The position numbers and the translations under genes were made by a program. The notes under the pieces are model-generated. The model was not told the DNA's origin and did no database searches. It saw nothing but the letters and a program-made list of their open reading frames with translations. Positions 12,701 to 27,300 of a DNA stretch of 64,000 nucleotides are shown here, one piece after another; the first letter of the stretch is position 1, and every line of letters begins with the position of its first letter. The DNA is from Octopus sinensis (Eukaryota), in NCBI RefSeq assembly GCF_006345805.1, contig NC_042997.1, positions 206,522,001 to 206,586,000 of the forward strand, read 5' to 3'.

Positions 12701-15293
12701 AAGTTTATAAAAAAACAGGTATATTTTGACAAAATGTTGGGTTTAGACAAGAAACACTGAATTACTAATGATTTCTATAGTTTAATAGTAGTAATGATAG
12801 TGTGCAAAATTTCACTCCCATGCAGACATGAAAATTAAGTTCAGGTATTTAATGAAATTATGAGAGATCCTGCGAGAACACCCGATTGGTTAGCAAGAGG
12901 TATTACTTACCTTCTCCTGAAGAATAATGGAACCAGCTTTCCCCAAGACTATCCACCCATGACATGTCTATCTGCCACGTATGAAATTTTAGCATCCATC
13001 CTCATGGAGAAAAACATACAAATTTATGGAACAGAATGATATTTTCCCCACTGAACAAAAAGGGTGCCGACAAGGCTCATATGGATGCAAAGACCAACTC
13101 TTAATGAATAGCATGGCCCTTGAGGAACTGTCATAGCAAATGCAGAAATCTCAGTTCTGCATGGATTGATTATAAAAAAGGCCTTTGACAGCGTGCTGCA
13201 TTCATGGATCTTGAAATCGCTGGATATCTTCCAAATTCCTCACATTTCCTGAAGCACAACATGTCAATGTGGAATACAAATCTCCAGTTATACCACTCTG
13301 ATGGAGTTCTGACCACAAAAGATATTAATATCAACTGTAGCATTTTCCAAGGTGACTCATTTTCATTCTTAATTTTCTGCATAGCCCTAATACTCATTAC
13401 AAATGAATTTAACAGAACAGGGTATGAATATTAAATTGGCGACAAGAAAACAAGTCATCTATTTTATGTGGATGACTTAAAACTCTGTGGCAAAGATGAT
13501 AATGAGCTTGAAGGACTGCTACATACTGTGAAAGCATTTAGTAAGGACATCGGGATGGAATTTGGTTTTGATAAGTGTGCCAAGGTCACTTTCCAGAAAG
13601 GAAAACTGAAGACCTCACATTCAGTGGAGTTGGATGTTGCCACAGTCAAAATAAGGAACACTGACAGGAAAATCAATAAGCAAGAGGATGCACCACCCAA
13701 AGGCCGATGCAGATCGTGTTTACCTACCCAGAGCTCAAGGAAGTCAAGGCTTGATTCGATTTGAAATCTCCTACAAAACCACCACAATTGGTCAGGTAAA
13801 ATATCTTGAAACATCTGATAAATGGCTGCAAAAGCTCATTGAGAAACACGAAAGACATAAAAAGCCTCATTCTGTTGTGTTCAAGTGGAACTGCATGAGG
13901 GAAGTGCAACAACTCTAGTTGCAAAGAAGGTGAAATGAAGAGCAAAGCAAAATGCGTTTAAACAATTGGTTGATAGGTGGGAACAAAAACCTCTGCATGG
14001 CAAATATGTGGCCCATAGCAAACAAGCTGATGTAGACCAGAAGCACACCCATCAGTAGCTAGGGAGCTCAGGGCTAAAGGCAGAGAGTGAAGGCTTTATC
14101 TTGGCTACTCAAGATCAGAACTTATTGACGCAGAACTATCAAGCCAATGTGATGAAAAATTGTTTAGACTAAAAGTGCCTATACTGTAAGGATGGGATTG
14201 AAACAGTGGACCACCTAATCTCTGGGTGTAAGGATTTAGCACCAGTAGAGTATAAATCAAGAAATGACAGTGTCGACCAGTATCTACTTTGGATAATGTA
14301 TCAGTATCATAAAATCAAAATTGCTGACAAATGGTACAGGCACCACCCTGAGGCTGTTAGAGAGGGAGAAAATGTAACGATTCTTTGGGACTTCCCAGTA
14401 TGTACAGATTTGACCATCAAGGCAAATAAACCAGAAATTGTTTTGAAAGACCAAAACAATAAAGTCTGTTTATTGATTGATGTGAGCGTACTTTGTGACT
14501 ATGATGTCTCAGCAAAAGAATTTGATAAGCTCAGAAAATATAAAGATCTGCTGATTGAAATCAAAAAGATGTGGCATCTCAAGATGGCTACAATACCAGT
14601 GATTGTAGGAGCACTTGGAATGATCAAAACAGGAACTGAAAATTATTTAAGAATGATCCTGGCTTACCATCCATGCAGGAAGTGCTAAAGATTGTCTTAA
14701 CTGGTAACTGGTCACACGTATTGAGAAGAGCATCGTTGCTGTGAATTTTCTTTACTTTTTTCCCCTTATTTCTTGTTTACTTTTAAATTCTGTTAGATTG
14801 TTTAACTGCCACATCACACACACTGAGAAGAGAATTGCCACTGTGAATTTTATTTCTTTTCTTTTATTTTCCTTGTTTACTTTTTATTTCTTTTTTCCCC
14901 TTTATTTTCTTGTTGTTTTAAATTTTTGTTAAGATTGTTTTAACTGCCACATCACACACATGAGAAGAGAATTGCCACTGTGAATTTTATTTCCTTTTCC
15001 CTTTATTTTCTTTGTTTATTTTAAATTCTGTTAAGATTGTTTTAACTGCCACATCACACACACTGAGAAGAGAATTGCCACTGTGAATTTTCTTTACTTT
15101 TTTCCCCTTTATTTTCTTTGTTTACATTTTTATCTTTCTCTATGTCTTTCTTCCACTTTTTCTCTATCACATGACTTTGTAAATGAACGATCTGGTGTGT
15201 TTCTTTCAATGGCTTACCAATATATAGTGAGTTTCTCTGCCCTAGGTGTCAGGAAGACACCCAGCAAGAAATGGAAACAGAATTGAAGGATAG

Positions 15294-15346
<53 letters not shown>

Positions 15347-15356
15347 TTGATGATGA

Positions 15357-15431
<75 letters not shown>

Positions 15432-18400
15432 TTAATGTCCGTTTTCTATGTTGGCATGGGTTGGACAGTTTGACTGGAGGTCTGGGAATCCAGGAGGCTG
15501 CTCCAAAATCATAATAATAATCAGTTAAGATAATAATATTAATAATACTTTCGTTATTTTCCCCAAGGGTCCACACAAAAGGACATTACATAAAACAAAC
15601 AATGGACAGTGGTGTTTAGACGATGTGTGTAAACAGTAAATAAACAAAAACAATTAACAAAAGAAAACAAACAATTAAATTCCCCAATATGGGGGAAATC
15701 CAAACAGCAGTTGCCAAGGAAACCCCACACACATGGCTCCTCAGGTAATCACAACTCTCTGCTTCTCTCTCCCCTGTCTACAGGTGCATAGTAGACCCGT
15801 CCACATGGGTCACCCTTGCCACATTCACACACCTTTCAATGAACTTTCTGACATTTGTGGCAAGAGTGAAGAGGAAAGAGCTTGTCTTGAATGCTTTCAG
15901 ATGCCTCCACTAGACAAATCCTGAAATCACTGCAGGTGGCATAACCCAAGAGTGTGTCTGCACATTAGTAACCATGCCATACCTAATCCACCACTCAGAG
16001 GATGCTGGCAACAGACTGACTGCCAAACCCTTCCACAAGAATTTAAAGAAGAAATGCTGCAGCCTGGTGAAGAGTAACCAAGACAAGGTACGGTGGTCAG
16101 GTGATAAATGATAATAGATACAATGTAGACACTTGCCACCTCTGCCCGACCTTTCAGGGACAGCTTCCTCTCAACTCATTTCTGGGTAAGACTGACCACC
16201 CTGGTTGCCACATCACCCCATTCTTATCAACCTGCAGGTCATGACCAAACTAGATCCTGTGCAGTTTAACCAATGGCATCCTCTTACATGTCCAGGAGCC
16301 CAACCAAAAAGCCCTCGATTTGTCCCTATATGCTGACACTATCCCTCCTGGCCCCAGTTAGAAAGGGACGTCCCTTAGCTGTTCCAACTTCTGCAACAGT
16401 AGCTCTATCTAGATATGAAATGGATGATCCATTGTGGTTGCTCAATGTACATCAGGGAAATCCAGTCAGTACTTTTAAGATAAATGAAAGTTTCTGAGTA
16501 GGTTATAGGGCCCCAGCACTTCTTCTGTGTACTAGCCTCACACAAACGTTTTCTGCATCCAAAATCCCATTCCAGTTCCTTAATAGTACTAAACTGTGAG
16601 ATATTCAAAGTAATATTTCTTGGCACTTGTAGAATTCTTGCCTTCCAACCCCTGCCAGAGCATCGATGACCACCAGTCTAAGGATGCCACCTTCACTACC
16701 ATTCACATCAAGAACCACCAGCCTGCCACTCAGGTCCAAGGAGATTGCTTTTACTTTGAGGTCTAAGGATTTTCAGAATAGCACTGCTACCCCGCTGCGT
16801 GCTCCTGACAGACCACAAGATAAGCATATTTCATAGTCCTCAAAAATGGGTGCTAATGCTTGCTCCTTAGAAATCCTTGTCTTGCTAAATGCAGTCACAC
16901 CTAAATCAAGTGACCTGAAGTCATTTAGAAAGTGATTGTGCTTCAAAGCTGACCTCAGGCCACATACATTCACACACCCTACTCTGAAAACGACCATATT
17001 TATCAGAGAAACAAAACGGAACAAGATCACTTACCTTGGATTTTGAGAAGGTCAGCTGATTCAGCGGCATCTTGAGAAGAATTATTAATGAAAGGCCTTC
17101 CCAAAGTCCTTTTGATGGACTTTAGCCTAAAGGGCCCAATCTCCCATGGATATATCTAGTTCTAAATAAGTGTTTGTGTCAGTTCTTTTAATCTGCCTGT
17201 CGTGGGGACTTTTCAACAGATGTTCCCCAAACCCTATTCCTTTTGTATGACTTCCTGTGTTATTCACTACTTCCTGCATCAGCTCACTGTTTCTCTTGCA
17301 AACGACTGTGAAGATGATGAGGCGTCTGGCTCCTGTAGTCAGTTGTACAAGTTGTTCTTGCAATTGTTGTTTCTCTTTGTGCATTTCTTTCTGTTTTGGT
17401 GTTTTTTATAGGTGTACAGTTCCAATATTTGCAACTACCACTGAAGTCTGCACCCGCAGTTGAATGAGTGTGCATTGCTTTAGCTGTTGGGATTTGGGTG
17501 AGTGTGTCAGTGTTGGTGTTGCTAGTGTAGCTGATGGATTAGGTGAAAATTCCTCATCCTGGCTTTTCACTTTCAGCTTGGGACAACCTTTTTTGGAACT
17601 ATTTTTCTGCATTTCTCCAACACAAGTCCTTCTTGGCAGATTCAGTTCCTTCTCATTACATGATAAGGCTTCTGTAGCACCAGTGTTGGAAATACATGGC
17701 GTATCTGTGTTGCCCGTCTGTAGGCATGGGATAATCTGGTGTTGCTTATTTTCCATGCTACAGCTGATGGTGCCATTGTTGTGGTGGGACTCTGCTGTTG
17801 AAGATGTTGCTTTAATGGTTGTTGCTGCATTGATTGTTGTTGCAGCTTTTGGCCTTCTTGTGGTGATGGTGGTAGCATAGCTGCTGTTCCTCAAGCTCCA
17901 TTTTGTTGTGGGAAGAGGGCCACAAGACCTTGGCTATCTGCCTTCAACCACGACTTGAAGACGCAAGGCAAGAAATTTATAGGATGGGGATTTTGTCAGT
18001 TACATCGACTCCATCATTTCACTGGGACTTAATTTATGGATCCCCAAAAGGATAAAAGCAAAGTCGACCTCTTCAGAATTTGAACTCAAGACAGCAACAG
18101 GTGAAATACTTCTAAGAATTTCATCCAGTATACCAACAATTCTAATAATAATGATGATGATGATGATGATGATGATAAAAATAATAATAATAATAATAAA
18201 TGCTCTGATGCAGTAACAGGCAGTGGCTCTCATGGCTTTTGATCTTAACTGATTGGAAGTGTTATCATGTACATTGTTTTGCCTTGGTATAAAAGATGGG
18301 TTACAGCAAATATTCTGCTCAATACCACAGATTTGCTTGTCAGTTGTTTGACCGTAACCAGTTGAGCATGTCCCTTAGGGGCTGACAATATGTGCATCTC

Positions 18401-21276
18401 TGATCATGAGCAGAAGTAGTGGGGGAGCATCATAGCCATGTGTTGAGGGGGATTCTTTGGGGTTTGAATAATTCACCTTTGGAAACATGGGTGTTTCATT
18501 CATCATCTTTAAACACCCCTTATTCAGGAATCTTTTGAGCGGGATGGGCTCTTCGATATGACAAGAAAGTCTGAGCCCCACCTGCAAGGTCATACACTTT
18601 TTATCTTGTTATGAGATCATAATGTCACACACATGGTTGTGATGTATGGGCCTGGTGTACCCTTATCAGATGGGTAGACATAATGGGTATACTGGACTTT
18701 GTATATTTGTACCCCACTGTCACTTTGATGGCATGCATTGCTCTCTCACTCAATAATAATAAAAATAATACTCTTTGTTATTAAAGGCACAAGGCCTGAA
18801 GTTTTGGAGGAAGGGATTCTGGATTACACTGACCCCAGTGTGTAACTGGTACTTATTTCATTGTCCCTGAAAGGTGGAATTTGAACTCAGAATGTTAAGA
18901 CAGACAAAATGCCACTAAGCATTTTGCCCAACATGCTAATGATTCTGCCAGCTCACCTCCTGAACAACAACAACCACGAAAAGAGACACTAGTTTTTTCC
19001 TAAATAAAATTGAAGATAAATAAAAAGAAAGTATTTACCTGATGATGCAGCTGAACTACCTGTTGTGTTTCCTTGGAAATATTCTTCAAATTTCTGTTAG
19101 AAGTAAACAATTAATTTATCATCACTCAATCAAAAACATAATTAATTTCCTAATTAACTTCTGTTAATTTCAATGCAATGCTTTTATTCATTGCTTCTAT
19201 CATGAATATTGTTTTAAATTTACATTTCTATTTATCAATATAAATAAAACTGAAAATGTGCGTGTGTATCTGTGTGCATCACTAAAACTCGAGAACTACC
19301 CAACCAATTCAACAAATATCATTCAAATTTTACACATGCCTTACTTAGGGTCTATGCAGTGTTATGGGCCAAAAATGTTTCAACTTCTTGCCTAATGCAA
19401 GCCCAGAGAAATCTCTTATCTCTTACACTGTTTTGGTATTGTGTCAAAAGTGAAACAATAATATCTCTATTGTAATGTGATATAATAGTTTCACGATTAT
19501 ATGGCTTCAATTTCAATTACTTTCACTATCTGTATATATATATTAATTTCAGTTCTATTAGTCTCACTATGTATTTACATAACGTTTGTATATGTATATA
19601 TACTGCTGAGGACATGCGTAAGCTCACAAGGAATGAAGCCACTATGCCCGATGGATGTGTAATGTCAGTGTGCATGCTCGACAGAGTGTTGGTACCTTGA
19701 AAGATAAGTTGGACCTAAGAAGCATCAGATGTAGTGTGCAAGAGAGACGACTGTGCTGGTATGGTCATGTGGCGAGAATAGATGTGGATAGCTGTGTGAA
19801 AAAGTGCCACACCCTAGCGGTTGAGGGAACCTGTGGAAGAGGTAGACCTATGAAGACCTGGGATGAAGTGGTGAAGCATGACCTTTAAACATTGGGCCTC
19901 ACCAAGGCAATGACTAGTGACTGGACCTTTGGAAATATGCTGTGCTTGAGAAGACTCAGCAAGCTTAAGTGAGACCATAACCTCGTGGCCTATGCCAGGG
20001 GTGTAACCAGCTCACTTATGCGTACCTTTTCTTCATTGGACACTAAACTCTGCTTGCGAAGACCAGTTGAGGCAAGTGAAATCAGAATCAAATTCGATGA
20101 CTGACATCCTATGCTAGTGGAGCGCTAAGAGCACCATACGAGCGTGATTGTTGCCAGAGCAACAAGTTGGACTCCGTGCCAGTGGCACGTAAAATCACTA
20201 TTCGAGCATGATCATTACCTGCGTCGCCTTGCTGACACTTGTGTAGGTGGCACATGAAAAAATATTGTATCTGTTGTAGCAATGCATTGTCTGGGTATCT
20301 AGACAAGATTTCTATGCTAATTCGGTTCCGCACACCACCATGTTGTCCTTTGGCATGCTGGTAGAGTATTGAGGCCTGCCTCTAATCCTTGTATCCTCTC
20401 CATTGTTTATTTATATGCTTGGCCAAACTTCTCACTATTTCACCTATGTATGTAGTCTTCTGGTTTTTATAATCACCATTCATGCACTTCATTCGGTAAA
20501 CCACATTTCTCGTTTTGCAGTTGACACCAAGGCTATATTTGCATAGTCCTGGCATGGACCATGTTTGGATGGTGCTCCTCACATGCCATTGGCACAGGAG
20601 TCTGTCAGAAGGCAACGGTCCCAGCTACGATATTGGTTTTACTTGACTCAACAAGTCTTCTCAAGCATATCATATCGCTTGGCACATCAGGAGTATTCTT
20701 AACAGGGCTGGACATGTGTGGTTGCGATCTCACTTTAGTCGCAGGGTCTTCTCGATCACAGCATATCTCCAAAGGTCACGGTCTCCTGTCATTGCCTCTG
20801 TGAGGCAATGAAATTTAAATAATCAGAAAATGAAGAACACTTTTGATCAACAAAGAAACAAATTGGATCACATCTATAGATTACTTTTCAATACAAAACA
20901 TGACAAAACAATTCTTACGGCTGTTTCTGCTTCCAATGCCAGTCAGTGCTAATGAAAGAATTACAAAACTAATATTCATCATCTTCATAGGACATTTGAT
21001 CTGGAGCTTCATCAGAGTGAATACAAATGCGTAAAATAAAATAAATGAAGGGAAGAGAAAATAGAAAAGAACATACCTTGAGAAGAGGCCATGAGGCTCA
21101 ATATATTAAAATCATACCATCTTCCAGAGGAGAACTTTGAAGTTGATAGGCAAAAGAGTGATCTAGCAGTGGTGTAGGGAAATATCTATGGGCGATTTCT
21201 ATATAAAGTGGGGAGCCAGGATGTTTGGAATGTAGTGAAATGAAGTTAGCACTAAAATAATATATGCATGCACATG

Positions 21277-21309
<33 letters not shown>

Positions 21310-24300
21310 GTGTGAGTGCCACAGACCAAGTCTGTGGATGGTGCAAAGTCCCTTCCAGACCTAGAGTTACGTGGTGGTGGAATAGTGCAGTAGACAAAGC
21401 CATTAGTGCAAAGAGACGGGCCTGGAGGGATGGGGGTAGCAGGGAACTGTACCAGGTAGCCAAAAGGGAGGCTGGGCGGCAGGTATACATAGCCAAAGAT
21501 GTAGCAGAAAAGAAGAAGTTTGCTAATGTCCAGCGACGTGAGGACCAAAGAGCTGAGGTATTTTGGATTGCCAGACAGTGTGTGAGAGAAAATAGTGATG
21601 TTACAGGAGAGAAATGTGTCCGCATGGATGATGGGGCACTTGCTTTTACTGTTGGTGAAAAGAAAGAGGCTTGGAGAAGTCATTATGAAAGACTGCTGAA
21701 TGAGGAGAATGAACGGGAGGAGGAGAGCCTGCCAAATGTTGACCCAGTAGAGGGACCAGCTACCTGAATAGACAGCTCCCTTGTAGTTAAGGCAATTAAG
21801 GATATGAAACCAGGTTAAGCCCCCGGCCCATCAGGAATCACTGCTGAAAGGCTTAAAACAGCTGGCTATGTGGGCTATGGCCTACTCACCCGCAATGTAA
21901 ACCAGGTAGTTCATAATGGAGTCATACCCAATGACTGGCGTAGCAGCACCATAGTCAACTGCTACAAGGGTAAGGGTGATGCTCTAGATAGAAATAACTA
22001 CAGGGGTATTAAACTGTTGGATTAGGTGATGAAGGTCACAGAGAGGGTCATAACCCATCTCATTAGGGAGAGAATTTGCTTAGATGGGTGTCCTTTTAGT
22101 ACAAACTTTACTGTGGTAGACGCCATGAGCTAAACCGTAACATTGGATTTTTGGTGCAAGATGTATTCTTGTTAATATCACTAGTGGGGAGATAATTCCC
22201 TGCTACTTCCAGCACTGGGACAACAAGATCACATAATATCCACCTTGTTTGGACCTTGTCAATGATGGACACATGATCACTAGGGAGTGTCAATCTATAT
22301 AACGTGGAGGGGACCTGTATTACTGCGGTCTCTAGCGGTCAAGTGTTCATCATCGATAAGTTCAAACAAGGTGGAAATCATGTGATTCGGTGACCTTGGT
22401 GCTGAAGATTTATCTTTTTGTTACTGATATGAAGAAGAGGGCATTCCAAAAAGCCTATGTGAGGGTCTTTCTCATGGCAATTACCATAGTAAAGTTGGTT
22501 CTAATGGAACATTCTTATTTAAACGGGGATAAATATTACCCCACACTAATAACTGACTGCATGGGAATGAAGAACAGTCGCAAGAAGAACCAAAGAAAGA
22601 GGTCTTAAAGTGGTCACTTGATCTGCTAAAATTAACAGCCAAATCTCTCTCACATCATACCTTGCTGCTTTATAGTGTTTTGTGAATAAATGTGGGAAGT
22701 CTTAGCCAGAGAATGGGGTCTCTCAGGTAATTTGGGTCTTTATTTGGGACTTCTTCATGCACAATGGAAACAACTTGGATTACTTGAAACATTCTTCAGA
22801 ACATCTGGAAATTAAATATTTCAAAGTGGACAAGGCTTGATGGTAAATGCACCAGGCTTTTTAAAGGGCACTGAACCAAAGAGGAAATTTGTGGACATAT
22901 TCCATCCGTCCTGGCTTTTGATGCTCAATAAAGTATAGAGTTTGCTGACCAAAGCTATTTTGCTGAACCGTTGACCATATCAGATGTTAGATTTTGGAGA
23001 TTTCCATACTTGGATAGGGAGAAAGTTCCACCTAATTACAACTGATGTTATTGCAAGAGTCCCAGAACAAGAAACAGAGAGAAAGGGGGAAGAGGGACAG
23101 AGGTAATTGGTTTGGCATTTGTGAAATGGATCTTGGCTGTGGCAGCTAGGAAGAGGAGGGGGAGGAGGGAGGAGGAGGAATGGAAAGAAAGAAGAGAAGA
23201 AAGACATACAAGCATCTATGACATTCAGTCTGCAGAATCGGAACTGACTCAGGGTCCAACAATAAATACAACAACAACAACAACAAGCAAAACATTCTTA
23301 GCGTCAAATGTTACAATGGAATATTTCAGAAGCAAGAATTTGGTGATGGGAAATGGTATAATGAAAGGATAAAGCACAACAAAATATAATGAACAGCATT
23401 AAAGGTAGCATGAAGAAAGGTACCCAGGACATGCTGTGAAGTGGTTGGCACTAGGAATGGCATCCAGCCATAGAAACCATGCCAAAGCAGACACTGGGGT
23501 TCAATAAACCCTTGTGGCTCATTGGAGCCAGTCAAAATGTTGCACCCATTCCAAAATGGAACAAGGACTGTAAATGAGGATCATTTCTATTTCCTTTGTT
23601 TCTTGTAGAATATTTTTTTGGTAAATTCCAAGAATATCAACATAAAACAACAAACAACAAATACATCAACCAACCTTCATAATTTCCGTGTCTTGAGGAT
23701 AAACCACGAAGTAAACATCTTTGATCTGGCTTGAATTTTGATTTGAGTAGTTTTTCACGGCTTCGTACATAGTTCTTGGTAGGTTCTCAATGGGGTACTT
23801 CAATATCCCAGCCCCTAATATAGGAAATGCCAAGCATTTTGCTCCCATTCTCTCAGCAGTGTATAGACAAATGGTTATTATTTGAGTCAAGTTTGCCAGA
23901 ATCTAAAAAAAATAATTGTTTAGTAATTGATAATGAACATTTTATTAAATTATTTTCTTATTACAGGAAGAAAGCATTAAGTTGTAATAAATATATCCTC
24001 CTCTCACAACTCCTCTCACTCCTACCACTTCTAAACACAACTGTCATTCCTATCACTCTTTAGTCCTGCAAGGGACAAGGCAACCTCACTCATGATGCTG
24101 CTACAATAAATCAGACCCAATCCACCGTGTAAAATGGTTGGTGAATGAAGAGAGACAATGCAGACCCAAGAGGAGTCTTTAGTGTTGTTGAGGACATGAC
24201 AACCTCTCTAGTGCTCGTGCCATGACAGAGAAAAACTCACCAATACAGAGAGTAAAACAGAGAAATATGTTTTAATATAGTCTTATTTATCAGTCACATA

Positions 24301-27300
24301 ACTGTTGTTAGGCCATGAGGCTTTTTTCCTTCTATTTATATATAAAAGTGTCCTGTTCATCGATATCTTCTGCTTCCTTCCAATGATAACTTGGAAGAAC
24401 AAATATTAAACAGGATGCTGACATTTGCTTTATGATTCTCACACAACATGCATAAGGTTCTCTTCAAACATTAACTGTTTCAATAAATCAATATCATATG
24501 ATTGATACTTACTAAATCAGAGGAATTTTCATCCCAGAGAGGTAATACCAGATGAAATACATTCTTACATTTGAGGTTATATCCTTTAGTGATGGCTATT
24601 TTAGATGTAGAAATACCTTGAGGATATCTCTGGTTACATTCATATTGTATCTGTGAACCAGCAGCATTGAGAATAGAATTGGAAATAGAACCCTTGTTAA
24701 GCTGGAGCCGTTCATTGGTGCTGTTAACGATGACATCAACCTACAAAAGTAATTAATGGTAAACAACTAAGGAACAGTCCATGGAGAGAAGAGAGATACA
24801 TTGTTGCAGTTGATATTGTTGTAAGAAAGGCTCTACAGAATGGCTGTAGTAAGTTTGAGGTTGTTAAAGTTAGCAAAAGATATACTCAAGATATCAGATG
24901 TGAAGGAAATAAAATGTTTGAGTTAGATTGAGAAAATGTTTTAATTAACTGTAATGATTCCTCATTTGGAAATGAAATAACAATTAAATATAAATATGTT
25001 AAGTGAATCTATTTACTCACAGATGCATTAGAAATTGAATCAATCATTAGTTGTATTTTGATGCCACGATTCTTTGTCAATGCCACATTAGTTCTGGGTG
25101 CCACGGAGGATGATTCCTGTTTTGATGTTGTGGTTTCTGAAAATAAACAAATATCAGTGTGTGTATGTGTGTGTATAGGTATACACACACACACACACAT
25201 ATATATATATACCAACATCATCATTACCCCCCCCCCATGATGATATAATGTCCATATTCCATCCAGGTCCAAGTTGAACAAAATGATATATAAAGACACA
25301 TTTGTCACAGCAAAAGTCATGTCCAAAAACTGTCCATGCTGGGCCCTACACCCACATCTGTCCCTGTGAAGCATCCCCTTCACCACATCTCATCTTCCTA
25401 ACACCCATCCCTCTATTATACTCTTCTAACTATGGTCCTACTTTACTGCTGTAACCATTTGAGAGCATTCAATACCGACCATACCCTTTCGTTAATACCA
25501 GTCGCCTCACTTGCATCATCATCTCTGTCCATACAACCTTCCATCGATCATCCCTTTCTGTCCCTTCCCTAATCTTTCCCACCCCCCCTCTTAGCTACAC
25601 CTTACTCTGCCAGGTTTCCTGTTGAACACTTATCCTATCTGCAATCATTCTCAACACCCTCTCACAGCCATTGCTAAAACTCCCTCCAGTTTTCTGGCCC
25701 CACTCACTACAGCCACCCCCATGTATCTCTGACTCCCATCTCTTTCACAGTTCATCATCTTTGCTTTCCCTCTGCTGTCAGATCCTGGTCATCATCTCCC
25801 TTCCTCCTCATCTATCAACAGATTGATGGTTCTGCTGCTCTCCACCCTTCCTATGCTGCTTCTTGTCACCTCCTCCTTTCCGAGCCCCATCAGTCTCTCA
25901 ACTCCACCTCAAACCATTGTTCCTCACTTCCTACAACCACCTCAAGCCCCATCTCTAACCTCTGCCATTCTCATCTCACACTCTGATGCCATTACCCTCC
26001 CATTCCTTCTTTCCTCATCCACAGTCTCCCTTCTACTCCCCTTCTTGTAACTTGGGACTATGCTCTTGCACCCTATTACCACCATCTTTCTCCCTTCTAG
26101 ATACTGTCATGCACCCTTGCATAAATATAAGGAGGCCATGAATCTCCTCTATATCCAGACAACTGTGCTTGACCCTTTGGCAAACTTTAGACTTTCTACC
26201 CCCTGGCAACAATTCCATCGGGGGTTTTTATCCTTTTCCATTCTTTGCTTTGTTTTGCAAGATACTTAGTGACCTCACCAGTGCTGGTGCCATGAGAAAA
26301 GCAGCTTTCACTCCACACTGTAAAATGATAGGCATTTTGAAGGGCAGCCAGCCATCCACACTCAGCCAGCTGCACTCAGCTAGCCAGCTGCACTCAGCCA
26401 GCCAGCTGAGTGTGGAACCTAACACAGATCTAGAGATTACCAGATCTTGTCAAACTGATGGACATTAAATAATGATGATGATGATATAGAAATAAGTGTA
26501 AGACACCCTCAACTAGGAAAACAGGCATTCGTACATTTGTTAATAGAGTAGGTAATTTACCATCAAAACTATACAGTATTATAAATCCATTTCAGCCATT
26601 CTTACAAATGAGTTTTGCACAGGATATCATCTAACACTGTGCTCATCAGAGAAGTAGGGCAATGGTTTCTGACAGCAAGTGCCACATCTCTAATTGCAAG
26701 AGACAATTAGAGAGGAGGATTCCATCATTGGTCATGCCACTTGTCCAAAATCTCTGAGTGAGGAGTAACTGCCAGCAAAGTGGAATTTGGGTTTTAATTA
26801 AGCATCTGGGTGGTGAGAGTTCTTAAATATAAGTTCTCTTTTTGGCAAGGCACAGACTTCACCTTCTGCTACCATTGAAGTAAAGGTTACTTTCCTTCGG
26901 CAATCATAACATGCGTAGCCATGTAGGTGGCATTTTTCTCTCATAGACCTTAAAGGAGGTCTTGGGATTGTTATATATGGTTCTGTATGGACCTTTTAGT
27001 CACGTCCACATATTTCCACATGTTCTTCTATTTGCTGAAGTAACATTCAAATGATACTGAACGGAAATAAACACAAGTTTTCACTGTATAATCTGCTCAA
27101 TATTAATACAAAGACAGTTCATAATTACTGGGAAAATATTTAAACAGAAAAAAAAATGAAAATGTTTTCTCACAAAACTGACTGACACAGCTTTGAGAAG
27201 CACTTTAGGTTGTTCTAAGCAGAAAATAAAAGTGAGAACATCTGTGTAGTATCAGAGCTCATTCTGTTTAAAAATGCAGTTTTAATAATGCCCAACATGG

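Larger units (their letters stand above)
9105..12750 (-). repeat. Arm B of the inverted duplication
   Basis: Reverse complement of about 550-4110. Confidence 0.95.

Noticed and set aside
22090-22560. Possible Gypsy RT remnant (SGQVFIIDKFKQGGNHV)
   Set aside because: Similarity too weak to support without a profile search.
23600-23630. Plus-strand micro-exon-like pattern (pyrimidine tract, AG, 12-13 nt, GT) shared with about 53470-53500
   Set aside because: It is antisense to gene B, the lengths differ between copies, and homologous intron sequence explains it.
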